Below, piece after piece: positions 38,434-46,374 of a stretch of DNA of 64,000 nucleotides; position 1 is the stretch's first letter; each line of letters starts with the position of its first letter. The stretch covers positions 2,527 to 66,526 of the forward strand of contig CAZARD010000002.1 of the NCBI GenBank assembly GCA_964487505.1, written 5' to 3'. This stretch comes from an uncultured Blastocatellaceae bacterium. GTDB lineage: Bacteria; Acidobacteriota; Blastocatellia; Pyrinomonadales; Pyrinomonadaceae. Made by a program: the position numbers and the translations under genes. The notes under the pieces are model-generated. The model was given only the letters and a program-made list of their open reading frames with translations, did not search any database and was not told the origin of the DNA.

Positions 38434-40270
38434 ATCCAAAAAGAAAAAAAAGATCGATTACACACGGGCCTGGGCCGAAGCGCGAAAGCTGATCTGGAGC
38501 TACCGCTGGCGGCTGCTCGTCGGACTGGGACTGATGCTCGCAAGCCGCGCCGCCGGAATGGTCCTTCCGTACTCGACGAAGTTCCTGGTCGACAACGTGT
38601 TCGGCGAGCGGCATTTCGAACTGCTCGGCTGGATCGCGCTCGCCGTCGGCCTGTCGACGGTTTTTCAGGCGGTGACATCGTTCACGCTTTCGCAGGTTCT
38701 CGGCGTCGCCGCGCAGCGCGCGATCACGGAGATGCGCAAGCGCGTGCAGGCGCACATTGAGCGCCTGCCGACCTCCTATTTCGATTCGACGCAGACCGGA
38801 CAGTTGATCTCGCGGATCATGCGCGATGCCGAAGGGATAAGGAACCTCGTCGGAACAGGGCTCGGCCAGATAGTCGGCGGACTGCTGTCGGCGCTCGTTT
38901 CGATGATCGTTCTGTTCTATCTGAACTGGCAGATCACGCTGATAACGCTCGCTGTGCTCGCGATCTTCGGATATGTATTGAGCTACGCATTCAAGCAGTT
39001 GCGTCCTTTGTTCCGTGACCGCGGCGAGATCGAGGCCGAGGTCACGGGCCGTCTCAACGAAGGCTTGGGCGGAATCCGAATCGTCAAAGCATATACTGCG
39101 GAGAAGCGCGAAGAACTCTCGTTCGCGCGCGGGGCGCACAAGCTTTTCAGAAACATCGCTAGATCGATGACCGGCGTTTCGGCGACGGGCGCGTTTGCTT
39201 CGGTGATCATCGGCGCGATCGCGGTCATCATGATCTGGTTCGGAGGCAACGCGGTCATCGCTAACATGCAGGATCCGACGCGTGGAATGACCTCGGGCGA
39301 TTTTACAATGTACATCGCGTTTACGATCTTCATGGTCATCCCGATCGTCGATCTGGCGAACATCGGAACGCAGATCACCGAAGCGTTCGCCGGGCTCGAC
39401 CGGATCTCGGAGGTCTTCGCGATGCGGACCGAGACCGACGAGGACAAGAACAAGGCAGCGATTCCGAGGCTCGACGGGGCCGTCGATTTTGAGGACGTTC
39501 ATTTCGAGTATGAGGCGGGCGTGCCGGTTCTAAAGGGCGTCTCATTCCACGCTGCCGCGGGAACGACGACGGCGCTCGTCGGGTCGAGCGGGTCAGGGAA
39601 ATCGACGATCCTGAGCCTCGTTCTGAACTTCATACAGCCCGGCCGCGGCCGCGTTCTGATAGACGGGCGCGACCTCGGATCCGTCAAGCTTCAAGACTAC
39701 CGGCGACATCTCGGGGTCGTGCTCCAGGACAACTTCCTGTTTGACGGAACGATACTCTCGAACATTAGATTTGCGAATCCGCACGCGGATTTCGACAAGA
39801 TCCGCGAGGTCTGCAGGATCGCGAACGCCGATGAGTTCATCGACAAGTTCCCGGACAAGTACGATACCGTCGTCGGCGAGCGTGGTGTCAAACTGTCGGG
39901 CGGCCAAAGGCAGCGGATCGCGATCGCCCGCGCGCTGCTTGCGAATCCGCGGATCCTGATACTCGACGAGGCGACGAGTTCGCTCGATTCCGAAAGCGAG
40001 GCGTTGATCCAGGAAGGCCTCCGCCGCCTGCGCGAGGGCCGAACGACATTCGTCATCGCCCACCGCCTTTCGACCATTCGTTCGGCGGATCAGATCCTGG
40101 TCGTCGAGGCCGGCGCAATACTCGAGCGCGGCACGCACGAAGAACTGATCGCGATCGGCGGCCGCTACAAGCAGCTTTACGACAAGCAGTACCGGTTCGA
40201 ACAGAACCTCTTTGTCAACCCCGGCGAAGAAATTCTAAATGAGGAGAACAACGCAGTTTCGAAACTATAG
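38426..40270 (+). CDS. ABC transporter, fused permease/ATPase (exporter type)
   Basis: 6-TM domain followed by Walker A GSSGSGKST, signature LSGGQRQR, Walker B ILILDEATS and H-loop AHRLST. The GTG start at 38426 overlaps the Rrf2 stop by 8 nt. Confidence 0.9.
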   Translation: MSESKKKKKIDYTRAWAEARKLIWSYRWRLLVGLGLMLASRAAGMVLPYSTKFLVDNVFGERHFELLGWIALAVGLSTVFQAVTSFTLSQVLGVAAQRAITEMRKRVQAHIERLPTSYFDSTQTGQLISRIMRDAEGIRNLVGTGLGQIVGGLLSALVSMIVLFYLNWQITLITLAVLAIFGYVLSYAFKQLRPLFRDRGEIEAEVTGRLNEGLGGIRIVKAYTAEKREELSFARGAHKLFRNIARSMTGVSATGAFASVIIGAIAVIMIWFGGNAVIANMQDPTRGMTSGDFTMYIAFTIFMVIPIVDLANIGTQITEAFAGLDRISEVFAMRTETDEDKNKAAIPRLDGAVDFEDVHFEYEAGVPVLKGVSFHAAAGTTTALVGSSGSGKSTILSLVLNFIQPGRGRVLIDGRDLGSVKLQDYRRHLGVVLQDNFLFDGTILSNIRFANPHADFDKIREVCRIANADEFIDKFPDKYDTVVGERGVKLSGGQRQRIAIARALLANPRILILDEATSSLDSESEALIQEGLRRLREGRTTFVIAHRLSTIRSADQILVVEAGAILERGTHEELIAIGGRYKQLYDKQYRFEQNLFVNPGEEILNEENNAVSKL

Positions 40271-40272
40271 CT

Positions 40273-40707
40273 ATGGCAGAATCACAGAATTTTCAGAACC
40301 ACGTCCGCTGGTTTCCGCTTTTCCATTTCGTTATCTTTCCGCTTCTGGTTTTTAATCTGGTTTGGCAATCGGTCAGGCTGTATCAGGAACCGAGTTGGGA
40401 TCGCGCCGAATGGGTGCTGATTTCGTTCGTTTTCATCCTGATGATACTCGCAGCGCGCCTCCAGGCACTGCGGGCGCAAGACCGGGTCATCCGGTTGGAG
40501 GAAAGGCTTCGGTACGATTCGGTACTTTCGCCGGAACTTGCGGCGAAGGCCAGGAATCTCCGAACCTCCGACATCATCGCGCTTCGGTTCGCCTCGGACG
40601 AGGAACTTCCTGATCTGGCCGCGCGTGCGGTCAACGGCGAGTTCAAGTCCCAAAAGGACATCAAACTGGCGATCCGGAACTGGCGCGGGGATCATTTGCG
40701 GGTCTGA
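40273..40707 (+). CDS. small two-TM membrane protein (DUF6526-like)
   Basis: 144 aa with two N-terminal TM helices and a charged helical tail. It starts 2 nt after the ABC gene stop. Confidence 0.55.
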   Translation: MAESQNFQNHVRWFPLFHFVIFPLLVFNLVWQSVRLYQEPSWDRAEWVLISFVFILMILAARLQALRAQDRVIRLEERLRYDSVLSPELAAKARNLRTSDIIALRFASDEELPDLAARAVNGEFKSQKDIKLAIRNWRGDHLRV

Positions 40708-40821
40708 TCGGACAAAATGCGCCCCGGCGCACAATTCGCCGAATTTTGTTTTGACTTTATGACAAATTCGGAATAGTCTTGTCGAACCAAACAAATACCT
40801 TCAGCGAGGAACTAGAAAAAG

Positions 40822-41619
40822 ATGAAAAATATTCAAGCATCAGGCTGGATCCGGCGTTTGACCGCACTTTCTTTGGCGGTCGTCCTGTATTCCACTTCGG
40901 TCGCGTTTTTGTTCGCCGCCACGTCGGCGAGGGCGCTTGGCGAGATCTCAGTCAGCGGAGGCAGCAGTACCGCCCGCTTTGTTTGGGTGAACGGCGAAAA
41001 GGCCTTCAGCGGCCGGACCTTCGTGTCGGGCGCATTGATCGCGACCGAGGCTGACAGCGCCGCCGTCCGGCTCAATAACGGTTCCTCGATCCGTCTTGAG
41101 GCGAACAGTTCGGTCGAATTGAGCTTTTCGGAAACGTCGATCGGCGGACGCGTCATCTCCGGGAAGGTTGATGTTTTCGCCGCCCAGGGAGTCGATGTGA
41201 ACGTGACGACGCCAGACGCTGTGATCTCCGATGAGAATGCCGATGCAAAACGCTTTACGCTTGACCTTAATTCGGGAACCACGACCATGAATGTCGAAAC
41301 CGGCTCGGTCCTACTCAGCAACGGCAACGGCGCGGTCCCGGTCAGTGTCGGCGGTGACGACGAACGCGACGGCAGCGGGAAATGCGTCGACACCGACAAG
41401 GACGGCAAGCTGGAGTGCGATTGTGACAGCGACGACAAGAAAGACAGCAACGGCAACTGCGTCGATACCGACAAGGACGGCGTGCTTGAATGCGGTTGCG
41501 GCGGCGGCGGCGGAATGGCCGCCTGGAAGCCGGCGGCGCTCTTTGCGGGAATAATCGGAACGGCGGTCGTCGCGCTATTGATCGCGACCCGTGACAACGA
41601 AGAGAGCCCGCGCCGCTGA
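40822..41619 (+). CDS. secreted FecR-like domain protein with Asp-rich Ca-binding-type repeats and C-terminal Gly-run + TM anchor
   Basis: Signal/anchor, then two CVDTDKDG(K/V)LEC repeats (DxDxDG), then GCGGGGG followed by the helix AALFAGIIGTAVVALLIA and a charged tail. Confidence 0.55.
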   Translation: MKNIQASGWIRRLTALSLAVVLYSTSVAFLFAATSARALGEISVSGGSSTARFVWVNGEKAFSGRTFVSGALIATEADSAAVRLNNGSSIRLEANSSVELSFSETSIGGRVISGKVDVFAAQGVDVNVTTPDAVISDENADAKRFTLDLNSGTTTMNVETGSVLLSNGNGAVPVSVGGDDERDGSGKCVDTDKDGKLECDCDSDDKKDSNGNCVDTDKDGVLECGCGGGGGMAAWKPAALFAGIIGTAVVALLIATRDNEESPRR

Positions 41620-41643
41620 GCCCGGTTCGAAGATTTATTGGAG

Positions 41644-41676
41644 AAAAAGACCGGATTCGATCCCGGTCTTTTTCTT
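41644..41676. terminator. bidirectional rho-independent terminator
   Basis: AAAAAGACCGG-attcgatc-CCGGTCTTTTT, with an A-run and T-run on either side. A second hairpin GGAAAGCCG...CGGCTTTCC lies at 41682-41709, next to the tRNA 3' end. Confidence 0.7.
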
Positions 41677-41723
41677 TGCCAGGAAAGCCGCCCGACGGGA
41701 CGGCTTTCCTTGCGATCCAAGAA

Positions 41724-41799
41724 TGGTGAGTCGTGCAGGGCTCGAACCTGCGACCCGAAGATTAAGAGTCTTCTGCTCTACCAACTGAGCTAACGACCC
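41724..41799 (-). tRNA. tRNA-Lys (anticodon CUU), CCA encoded
   Basis: The reverse complement GGGTCGTTAGCTCAGTTGGTAGAGCAGAAGACTCTTAATCTTCGGGTCGCAGGTTCGAGCCCTGCACGACTCACCA folds as a 76-nt cloverleaf. The anticodon loop is CT-CTT-AA. Confidence 0.95.
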
Positions 41800-41816
41800 A
41801 TAACTGAACGATTTAG

Positions 41817-41846
41817 ATTATAAACATATTCACCGGGAAATTTCAA
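41817..41846 (-). promoter_or_regulatory. near-consensus sigma70 promoter of tRNA-Lys (TTGAAA-N18-TATAAT)
   Basis: On the minus strand, -35 is TTGAAA (41846-41841) and -10 is TATAAT (41822-41817), 17 nt upstream of the mature tRNA 5' end. Confidence 0.6.
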
Positions 41847-41982
41847 AATCGGAAAAACGCAAGACCGACGGCCGATGCGATATCCCGCGCGGGTTCGGCA
41901 GGCAAACTGCGGCTGCAAAAAATCCGTCGCCGATCGTTCCATATTTGGCAAAATCAGGGCTTACGGCGAAAATAGAGCGTAG

Positions 41983-43656
41983 ATGAAGGAATGTCCGGAA
42001 TGCAAGGTCTGTTACGGCGACAATGTCGCGATGTGTCCTGCCGACCGCAAGGAGACGCGATTCTCGTTGCCCGGGGACCAGTTGCTCGCAGGCCGTTACT
42101 TTCTTGAGCGCCAGCTTGGAAAAGGCGCGATGGGGCAGGTCTATCTCGCGCGCGACAAGAAATTCGACGCGCGCTGGGTCGCGGTCAAGACCGTGCGTCA
42201 GGATCTGCTGAGTTCAGATGACCTTCAGGAAGGCGAGGCGATCGCCCGGTTCGAGCGCGAAGCGCAATCGGCCGCCTCGATCCAGCATCCCAACACCGTT
42301 TCGGTCACGGATTTCGGTGAAACGCCGGAAGGCGTGTTCTATCTCGTGATGGAATACGTGGAGGGAGAGACTCTCCATCGACTACTGCGCCGCGAAGGCA
42401 CGCTCTCGATCAAACGTGCGGTCAGGCTGCTTCGTCAGATCGCCGACGGCGTCGAGGCGGCCCACGACCGGGGCATCCTTCACCGCGACCTGAAGCCGGC
42501 GAACATCTTCCTTATGTCGAAAGGTCGTCCCGGAGACGACGGATTTATCAAGGTGGGCGATTTCGGTCTCGCGAAGATCGTGAACCAAACCGCAACCGAT
42601 ATCAATTCGAAGAATTCTCCGTCGTCGCGGGGCATCATCGGCACGCCCGAGTTCATGGCACCCGAGCAGATGCAGCCCGAACTCGGCGTCGACGTCAGGG
42701 CCGATATCTATGCGCTTGGAACGATCGCGTACCTGATGCTCGGTGGCCGGACCCCGTTCACGGGCGATCTGATGCAGCTCGTGATGCAAAAGGTAATGCA
42801 GTCGCCGCCGGCGCTCTCGACGATACGAACCGACATTCCGGCGGATGTCGAACGGGTGATTATGAGGGCGCTCGAGACCGACAAGGGCCGGCGACCGGCG
42901 ACGGTCGGCGAGTGGATCGGCGAACTTGAGCAGGCATCGGGCGATGTCGACGAACCGCGCGGCAGCGGTTCGGCCCGGCTGGTTATCTTGGCGCCGGTCG
43001 GCGCCGAGGTCTACGTGGATGACGAAAGGCGCGGGAGCATTGGGAGTTCGGGTCGGCTGGTGCTCGCCAACGTTCCGGCCGGACAGCATGTTCTGCGCGT
43101 CTCGAACGCCGGCGACAAGGATGACGAGCGGGTCATCGAACTGCGCGAAGGCGGTGAAGAGCAGGTCATACAGGCGCAGCTCAGGAGTGTGAAGGCGTCT
43201 TCGAGCCAGCCGTCGCCGTCACAGGGAAGCCAGAGCGGGACCGCGCAGTCGAGCATTATGCCGGGCATCGTCGCGTGCGCGAACTGCGGAGCGCGGTTTG
43301 CCGAAGGCGTCAAATTCTGCGGACGTTGCGGGAACCGGAGTTTCACCGCCGTGAGCGCCGGACCTAACTCGCGCAGCTATTCGACTTGTCCGCGCTGTTC
43401 CGCGATGCTCCCGCAGGATGCCAAGTTTTGCGGCAAATGCGGCGCGCAGTTCGGCCATCTGACGGCCTCGCCGCCTGTCTCCGGCGTCGCGCCCTTCGTG
43501 AATCCGGGCGTCACCTATCCGCCGCCGGTGACGCCGCCGACCTTCACCGCGCCGATGCAACCGCCGGTTAGCGTTCAGAGAATCTGCCCCCGATGCGGAA
43601 ATGTGGTATCCCCCGGATCGCGTTTCTGCGGCAAGTGTGGCGGACCCGTGGCCTGA
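41983..43656 (+). CDS. Ser/Thr protein kinase with N-terminal zinc ribbon, PEGA domain and three C-terminal zinc ribbons
   Basis: Kinase motifs GKGAMGQVY, VAVK, HRDLKPANI, DFG and APE. A PEGA-like segment (LVILAPVGAEVYVDDERRG) follows. Three CxxC..FCGxCG ribbons lie at the C-terminus. Confidence 0.9.
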   Translation: MKECPECKVCYGDNVAMCPADRKETRFSLPGDQLLAGRYFLERQLGKGAMGQVYLARDKKFDARWVAVKTVRQDLLSSDDLQEGEAIARFEREAQSAASIQHPNTVSVTDFGETPEGVFYLVMEYVEGETLHRLLRREGTLSIKRAVRLLRQIADGVEAAHDRGILHRDLKPANIFLMSKGRPGDDGFIKVGDFGLAKIVNQTATDINSKNSPSSRGIIGTPEFMAPEQMQPELGVDVRADIYALGTIAYLMLGGRTPFTGDLMQLVMQKVMQSPPALSTIRTDIPADVERVIMRALETDKGRRPATVGEWIGELEQASGDVDEPRGSGSARLVILAPVGAEVYVDDERRGSIGSSGRLVLANVPAGQHVLRVSNAGDKDDERVIELREGGEEQVIQAQLRSVKASSSQPSPSQGSQSGTAQSSIMPGIVACANCGARFAEGVKFCGRCGNRSFTAVSAGPNSRSYSTCPRCSAMLPQDAKFCGKCGAQFGHLTASPPVSGVAPFVNPGVTYPPPVTPPTFTAPMQPPVSVQRICPRCGNVVSPGSRFCGKCGGPVA

Positions 43657-43664
43657 ACGTTCCG

Positions 43665-43811
43665 GAGATTCCAGATTTCGGGGATTCCAGATTCCAGATT
43701 CCAAGATTCCAAGATTCCGGAGAAAGCGGAGAAAGCAGAGATCCCGGAGGTTCCAAAGATTCCAAAATTTCAGATTCCGGGGATTCCAGATTCCAGGGAT
43801 TCCAGATTCAG
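43665..43811. repeat. GATTCCA-type tandem array (7-9 bp units), forward polarity
   Basis: GAGATTCCA GATTTCG GGGATTCCA GATTCCA GATTCCA AGATTCCA AGATTCCG ... GGGATTCCA GATTCAGG. It begins 8 nt after the kinase stop. Confidence 0.9.
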
Positions 43812-43839
43812 GTCCTTCGAAAAACCGGAGCCACCGACC

Positions 43840-43867
43840 GTTCGTGTCGAGTTCGTGCTGCTTCGTG
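43840..43867. promoter_or_regulatory. three direct repeats GTTCGTG spaced 10-11 bp (possible response-regulator-type binding site)
   Basis: GTTCGTG (43840-46), GTTCGTG (43851-57) and CTTCGTG (43861-67). A 9-bp hairpin CGTGGATGA/TCATCCACG at 43864-43890 overlaps the last repeat. Confidence 0.25.
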
Positions 43868-44024
43868 GATGAAAAACGCTGTCATCCACGATTCCAGATT
43901 CCAAGATCAATCCCATATTACGCATTGGAGAAATTTGCCCGCGAATCCTCGCGAATTCGAGCGAACAAGGCAATTGTTCGGGATCGAATGCCTGAGATCT
44001 TATGCTGGTGTGTTTTCCAAGTTA

Positions 44025-44060
44025 TTGACATTGTTGATGTTATCAGAAGACAACAGTCAA
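44025..44060. other. AT-rich hairpin
   Basis: TTGAC(at)TGTTG - 14-nt loop - CAACAGTCAA, a 10-bp stem with a 2-nt bulge. Confidence 0.5.
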
Positions 44061-44120
44061 TGGCGGATTCGCGAAGATTGGCGGAGATTAGCGGTCTGAT
44101 TCCTATCGTTCAATTTGGGT

Positions 44121-44312
44121 TAATCCCAAATTCCGCGTTAGGATTTCCATCGCGGATTCCTGACCTGTTTCGGACTGCCTGACGTTGCGCCCTTTGCGGT
44201 CTTTGCGTGGGAAAATGCCTTTTTGGCGAGTGGATGCCGGTTCCTCGCGCAAAGCGCGCAAAGATCGCAACGGCGACAATCATAATGATTCCCCTCTATT
44301 GCGTGATCCCGG
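44121..44312. repeat. dispersed hairpin repeat, copy 3
   Basis: The best-preserved long hairpin: arms CGTTGCG-cc-CTTTGCG-gt-CTTTGCG pair with CGCAAAG-cg-CGCAAAG-at-CGCAACG. It has the same orientation as copies 1 and 2. Confidence 0.85.
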
Positions 44313-44314
44313 TT

Positions 44315-44463
44315 AATCTTGGAATCTCTGGAATCTTGGAATCTTGGAATCTTGGGATCTCAGGAATCCTGGAATCTGGAATCTTGAATCTTGAATCTGG
44401 AAACTCTGGAATCTGGAATCTTGAATCCCTCGAATCCAAGAACTCCAAATTCCAAAATCCATC
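44315..44463. repeat. TGGAATC-type tandem array (inverted polarity relative to 43665-43811)
   Basis: AATCTTGGAATCTCTGGAATCTTGGAATCTTGGAATCTTGGGATCTCAGGAATCCTGGAATCTGGAATCTTGAATC... The polarity switches back to forward over the last ~35 nt. Confidence 0.9.
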
Positions 44464-44520
44464 ATCCCGGACAAATCCCCTGACGCGATTTATCGAGGAA
44501 TATGCTAATCTTTTACCGCT

Positions 44521-45003
44521 ATGAAGATCTGCCCGCAATGCCGGCAAACCTATTCCGATGACGGTCTGAACTTCTGCCTCACCGACGGGAGCATTCTCGA
44601 TTTCCAACGGCCGACGGAAGCCCGGACGATGGTGTTCGAACAGCCACGCGTGACCAACGAATTCCGTCCCGTGCAGCAGTCTCAGCCGCCGGCGGTATGG
44701 CAGGGACAGCAGTCGGTCCAGCCCGCCCAATACGGAGCGGTTGCGCAAAGGGTCGGAAACACGGACCGTTCGCTCCCGATCATCTCGCTCCTGCTCGGGA
44801 TCTTCTCGATAATTCTCGGTTGTTTTCTGATCGGCATTCCTTTGGGGATCGGGGCAATAGTTACCGGCGGTTTTGCGATCCGGAACGAGAACAACGAACC
44901 CGATCGATACGGCGGCCGCGGGATGGCGATAGGCGGGGTCGTGACCGGCGCCGTCGGACTCGCGATCGGGCTTATCTTCGCCGTTTTATATATGGTAACC
45001 TGA
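44521..45003 (+). CDS. zinc-ribbon / DUF4190-like membrane protein
   Basis: The N-terminal MKICPQCRQTYSDDGLNFC ribbon has the same module as the kinase at 41983. A Gln/Pro-rich linker follows, then two Gly-rich TM helices. Confidence 0.7.
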   Translation: MKICPQCRQTYSDDGLNFCLTDGSILDFQRPTEARTMVFEQPRVTNEFRPVQQSQPPAVWQGQQSVQPAQYGAVAQRVGNTDRSLPIISLLLGIFSIILGCFLIGIPLGIGAIVTGGFAIRNENNEPDRYGGRGMAIGGVVTGAVGLAIGLIFAVLYMVT

Positions 45004-45032
45004 TGATATAGAATGGTTTATTATCTGATCCG

Positions 45033-46340
45033 ATGCGAGTTACACTTCGCGTAGTCGCCGGGCCCCAGACGGGCCGCGTATTTACGTTTGACCAACACGA
45101 CACCTTTATGATCGGGCGCAGCGAGGACTCGCACTTCTGCCTGCCCCAGGACAAGTATTTCTCTCGCCACCATTGTCTTGTCGAGATCGCGCCGCCGCAG
45201 GCGTTCCTTCGCGATCTCGGGTCGACGAACGGCACGTTCGTCAACGGCGTCCGCGTCGAATCGGTCTACCTCAAGAGCGGCGACCGCATCCAGGGTGGCG
45301 AAACCGTGCTTGAGGTCGAGGTGACCGGCGATCCGGAGACGCGGCCGGAGTTTCCACTCGAAGCGGGAATGCGCACGACGCCGTCGATGATTACGGTCCA
45401 GTGCCTGAATTGCGGGCTTCCTTCGAAGGCCGAGGTTTCGCGGCCCGATGCGAAGATGACGTTTCTCTGCGACGACTGCCGCGAGACGCTGAAGGCGAAC
45501 CCGCAGCCCATCCCGAATTATCAGATGATCCGCGTTCTCGGGCAGGGCGGTATGGGAAGCGTGATGCTCGCGCGGCATATCACCGACGGAAGGCCGGTCG
45601 CGATAAAGACCCTGTTGCCCGAAGTTGCGGTCTCGGAGCAGTCGCTCAAACGGTTCATGCGCGAGATCGAGGTTGCCGCATCGCTCAGGCATCCGTACAT
45701 CGTGAGCTATATCGAGCACGGCACGCACAATGGAGTCGTCTATCTTGTGACCGAATTCGTGAGCGGAATGGACGCGTCAAAGCTCGCTCGCTCGCGCGGC
45801 GGGAAACTTCCGTACCCAGAGGTCGTCAAGATCATCGAGCAGACGCTTTCCGCGCTTGATTTCGCCCACTCGCAGGGATTCGTCCACCGCGACATCAAGG
45901 AGCAGAACATTCTGGTGACCGGAAATTATCCGGGCTACGTCTCGAAACTCACCGATTTCGGGCTCGCGAAGAGTTACAAGCAGACCGGAATGAGCGGCGT
46001 AACGATGGTCGGCGACGTTGCCGGCACGATCGCGTACATGCCGCCCGAACAGGTCCGCGATTTCAAAGAGGTCCAGCCGCCGTCGGACATCTACGCGACC
46101 GGGATGACGGCCTACTCGCTTCTGACGGGGGCGCACGCGCTCGACATTTCGCCGCGCGCCGGGATCGCGGAGACAGTCAAGGCGATCTTCGAAAAGCCGA
46201 TCATTCCGATCAGCCAGCGGACCAGCGATATACCGATCCGCGTCGCGAGCGTTATCGAAACGGCGATCGCGAAGCAGGTCGAACTGCGTTGGCGATCGGC
46301 GGGCGAAATGCGCGACGCGCTGTTGCGGGCGATGAACTGA
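45033..46340 (+). CDS. FHA domain - zinc ribbon - Ser/Thr protein kinase
   Basis: FHA (GRVFTF..FMIGRS..SRHHCLV..GSTNGTFVNG), then CLNCG...CDDC, then kinase motifs GQGGMGSVM, AIK, HRDIKEQNI, DFG and PPE. Confidence 0.9.
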   Translation: MRVTLRVVAGPQTGRVFTFDQHDTFMIGRSEDSHFCLPQDKYFSRHHCLVEIAPPQAFLRDLGSTNGTFVNGVRVESVYLKSGDRIQGGETVLEVEVTGDPETRPEFPLEAGMRTTPSMITVQCLNCGLPSKAEVSRPDAKMTFLCDDCRETLKANPQPIPNYQMIRVLGQGGMGSVMLARHITDGRPVAIKTLLPEVAVSEQSLKRFMREIEVAASLRHPYIVSYIEHGTHNGVVYLVTEFVSGMDASKLARSRGGKLPYPEVVKIIEQTLSALDFAHSQGFVHRDIKEQNILVTGNYPGYVSKLTDFGLAKSYKQTGMSGVTMVGDVAGTIAYMPPEQVRDFKEVQPPSDIYATGMTAYSLLTGAHALDISPRAGIAETVKAIFEKPIIPISQRTSDIPIRVASVIETAIAKQVELRWRSAGEMRDALLRAMN

Positions 46341-46374
46341 TCGTGCAAACCGTCTTCGGCGATCGATCCTTCCG

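Noticed and set aside
41724-41982. tRNA-Lys as the attachment site of a genomic island covering the repeat-rich 42-49 kb segment.
   Set aside because: There is no integrase, and I found no direct repeat of the tRNA 3' end. The accessory-looking segment lies on the 5' side of the tRNA, whereas integration normally targets the 3' end.
43593-44748. ORFs 43593..44099, 43601..44182, 43568..43765, 44207..44524 and 44296..44748 inside the repeat island. The same applies to 48153..49210 (several frames) and 36161..36583.
   Set aside because: They are open only because the 7-9 bp repeats lack stop codons. Their products are periodic peptides (IPRFQDS, SKIQNPK, GILESWNL). All three frames and both strands are open at once, which is a hallmark of non-coding tandem repeats.
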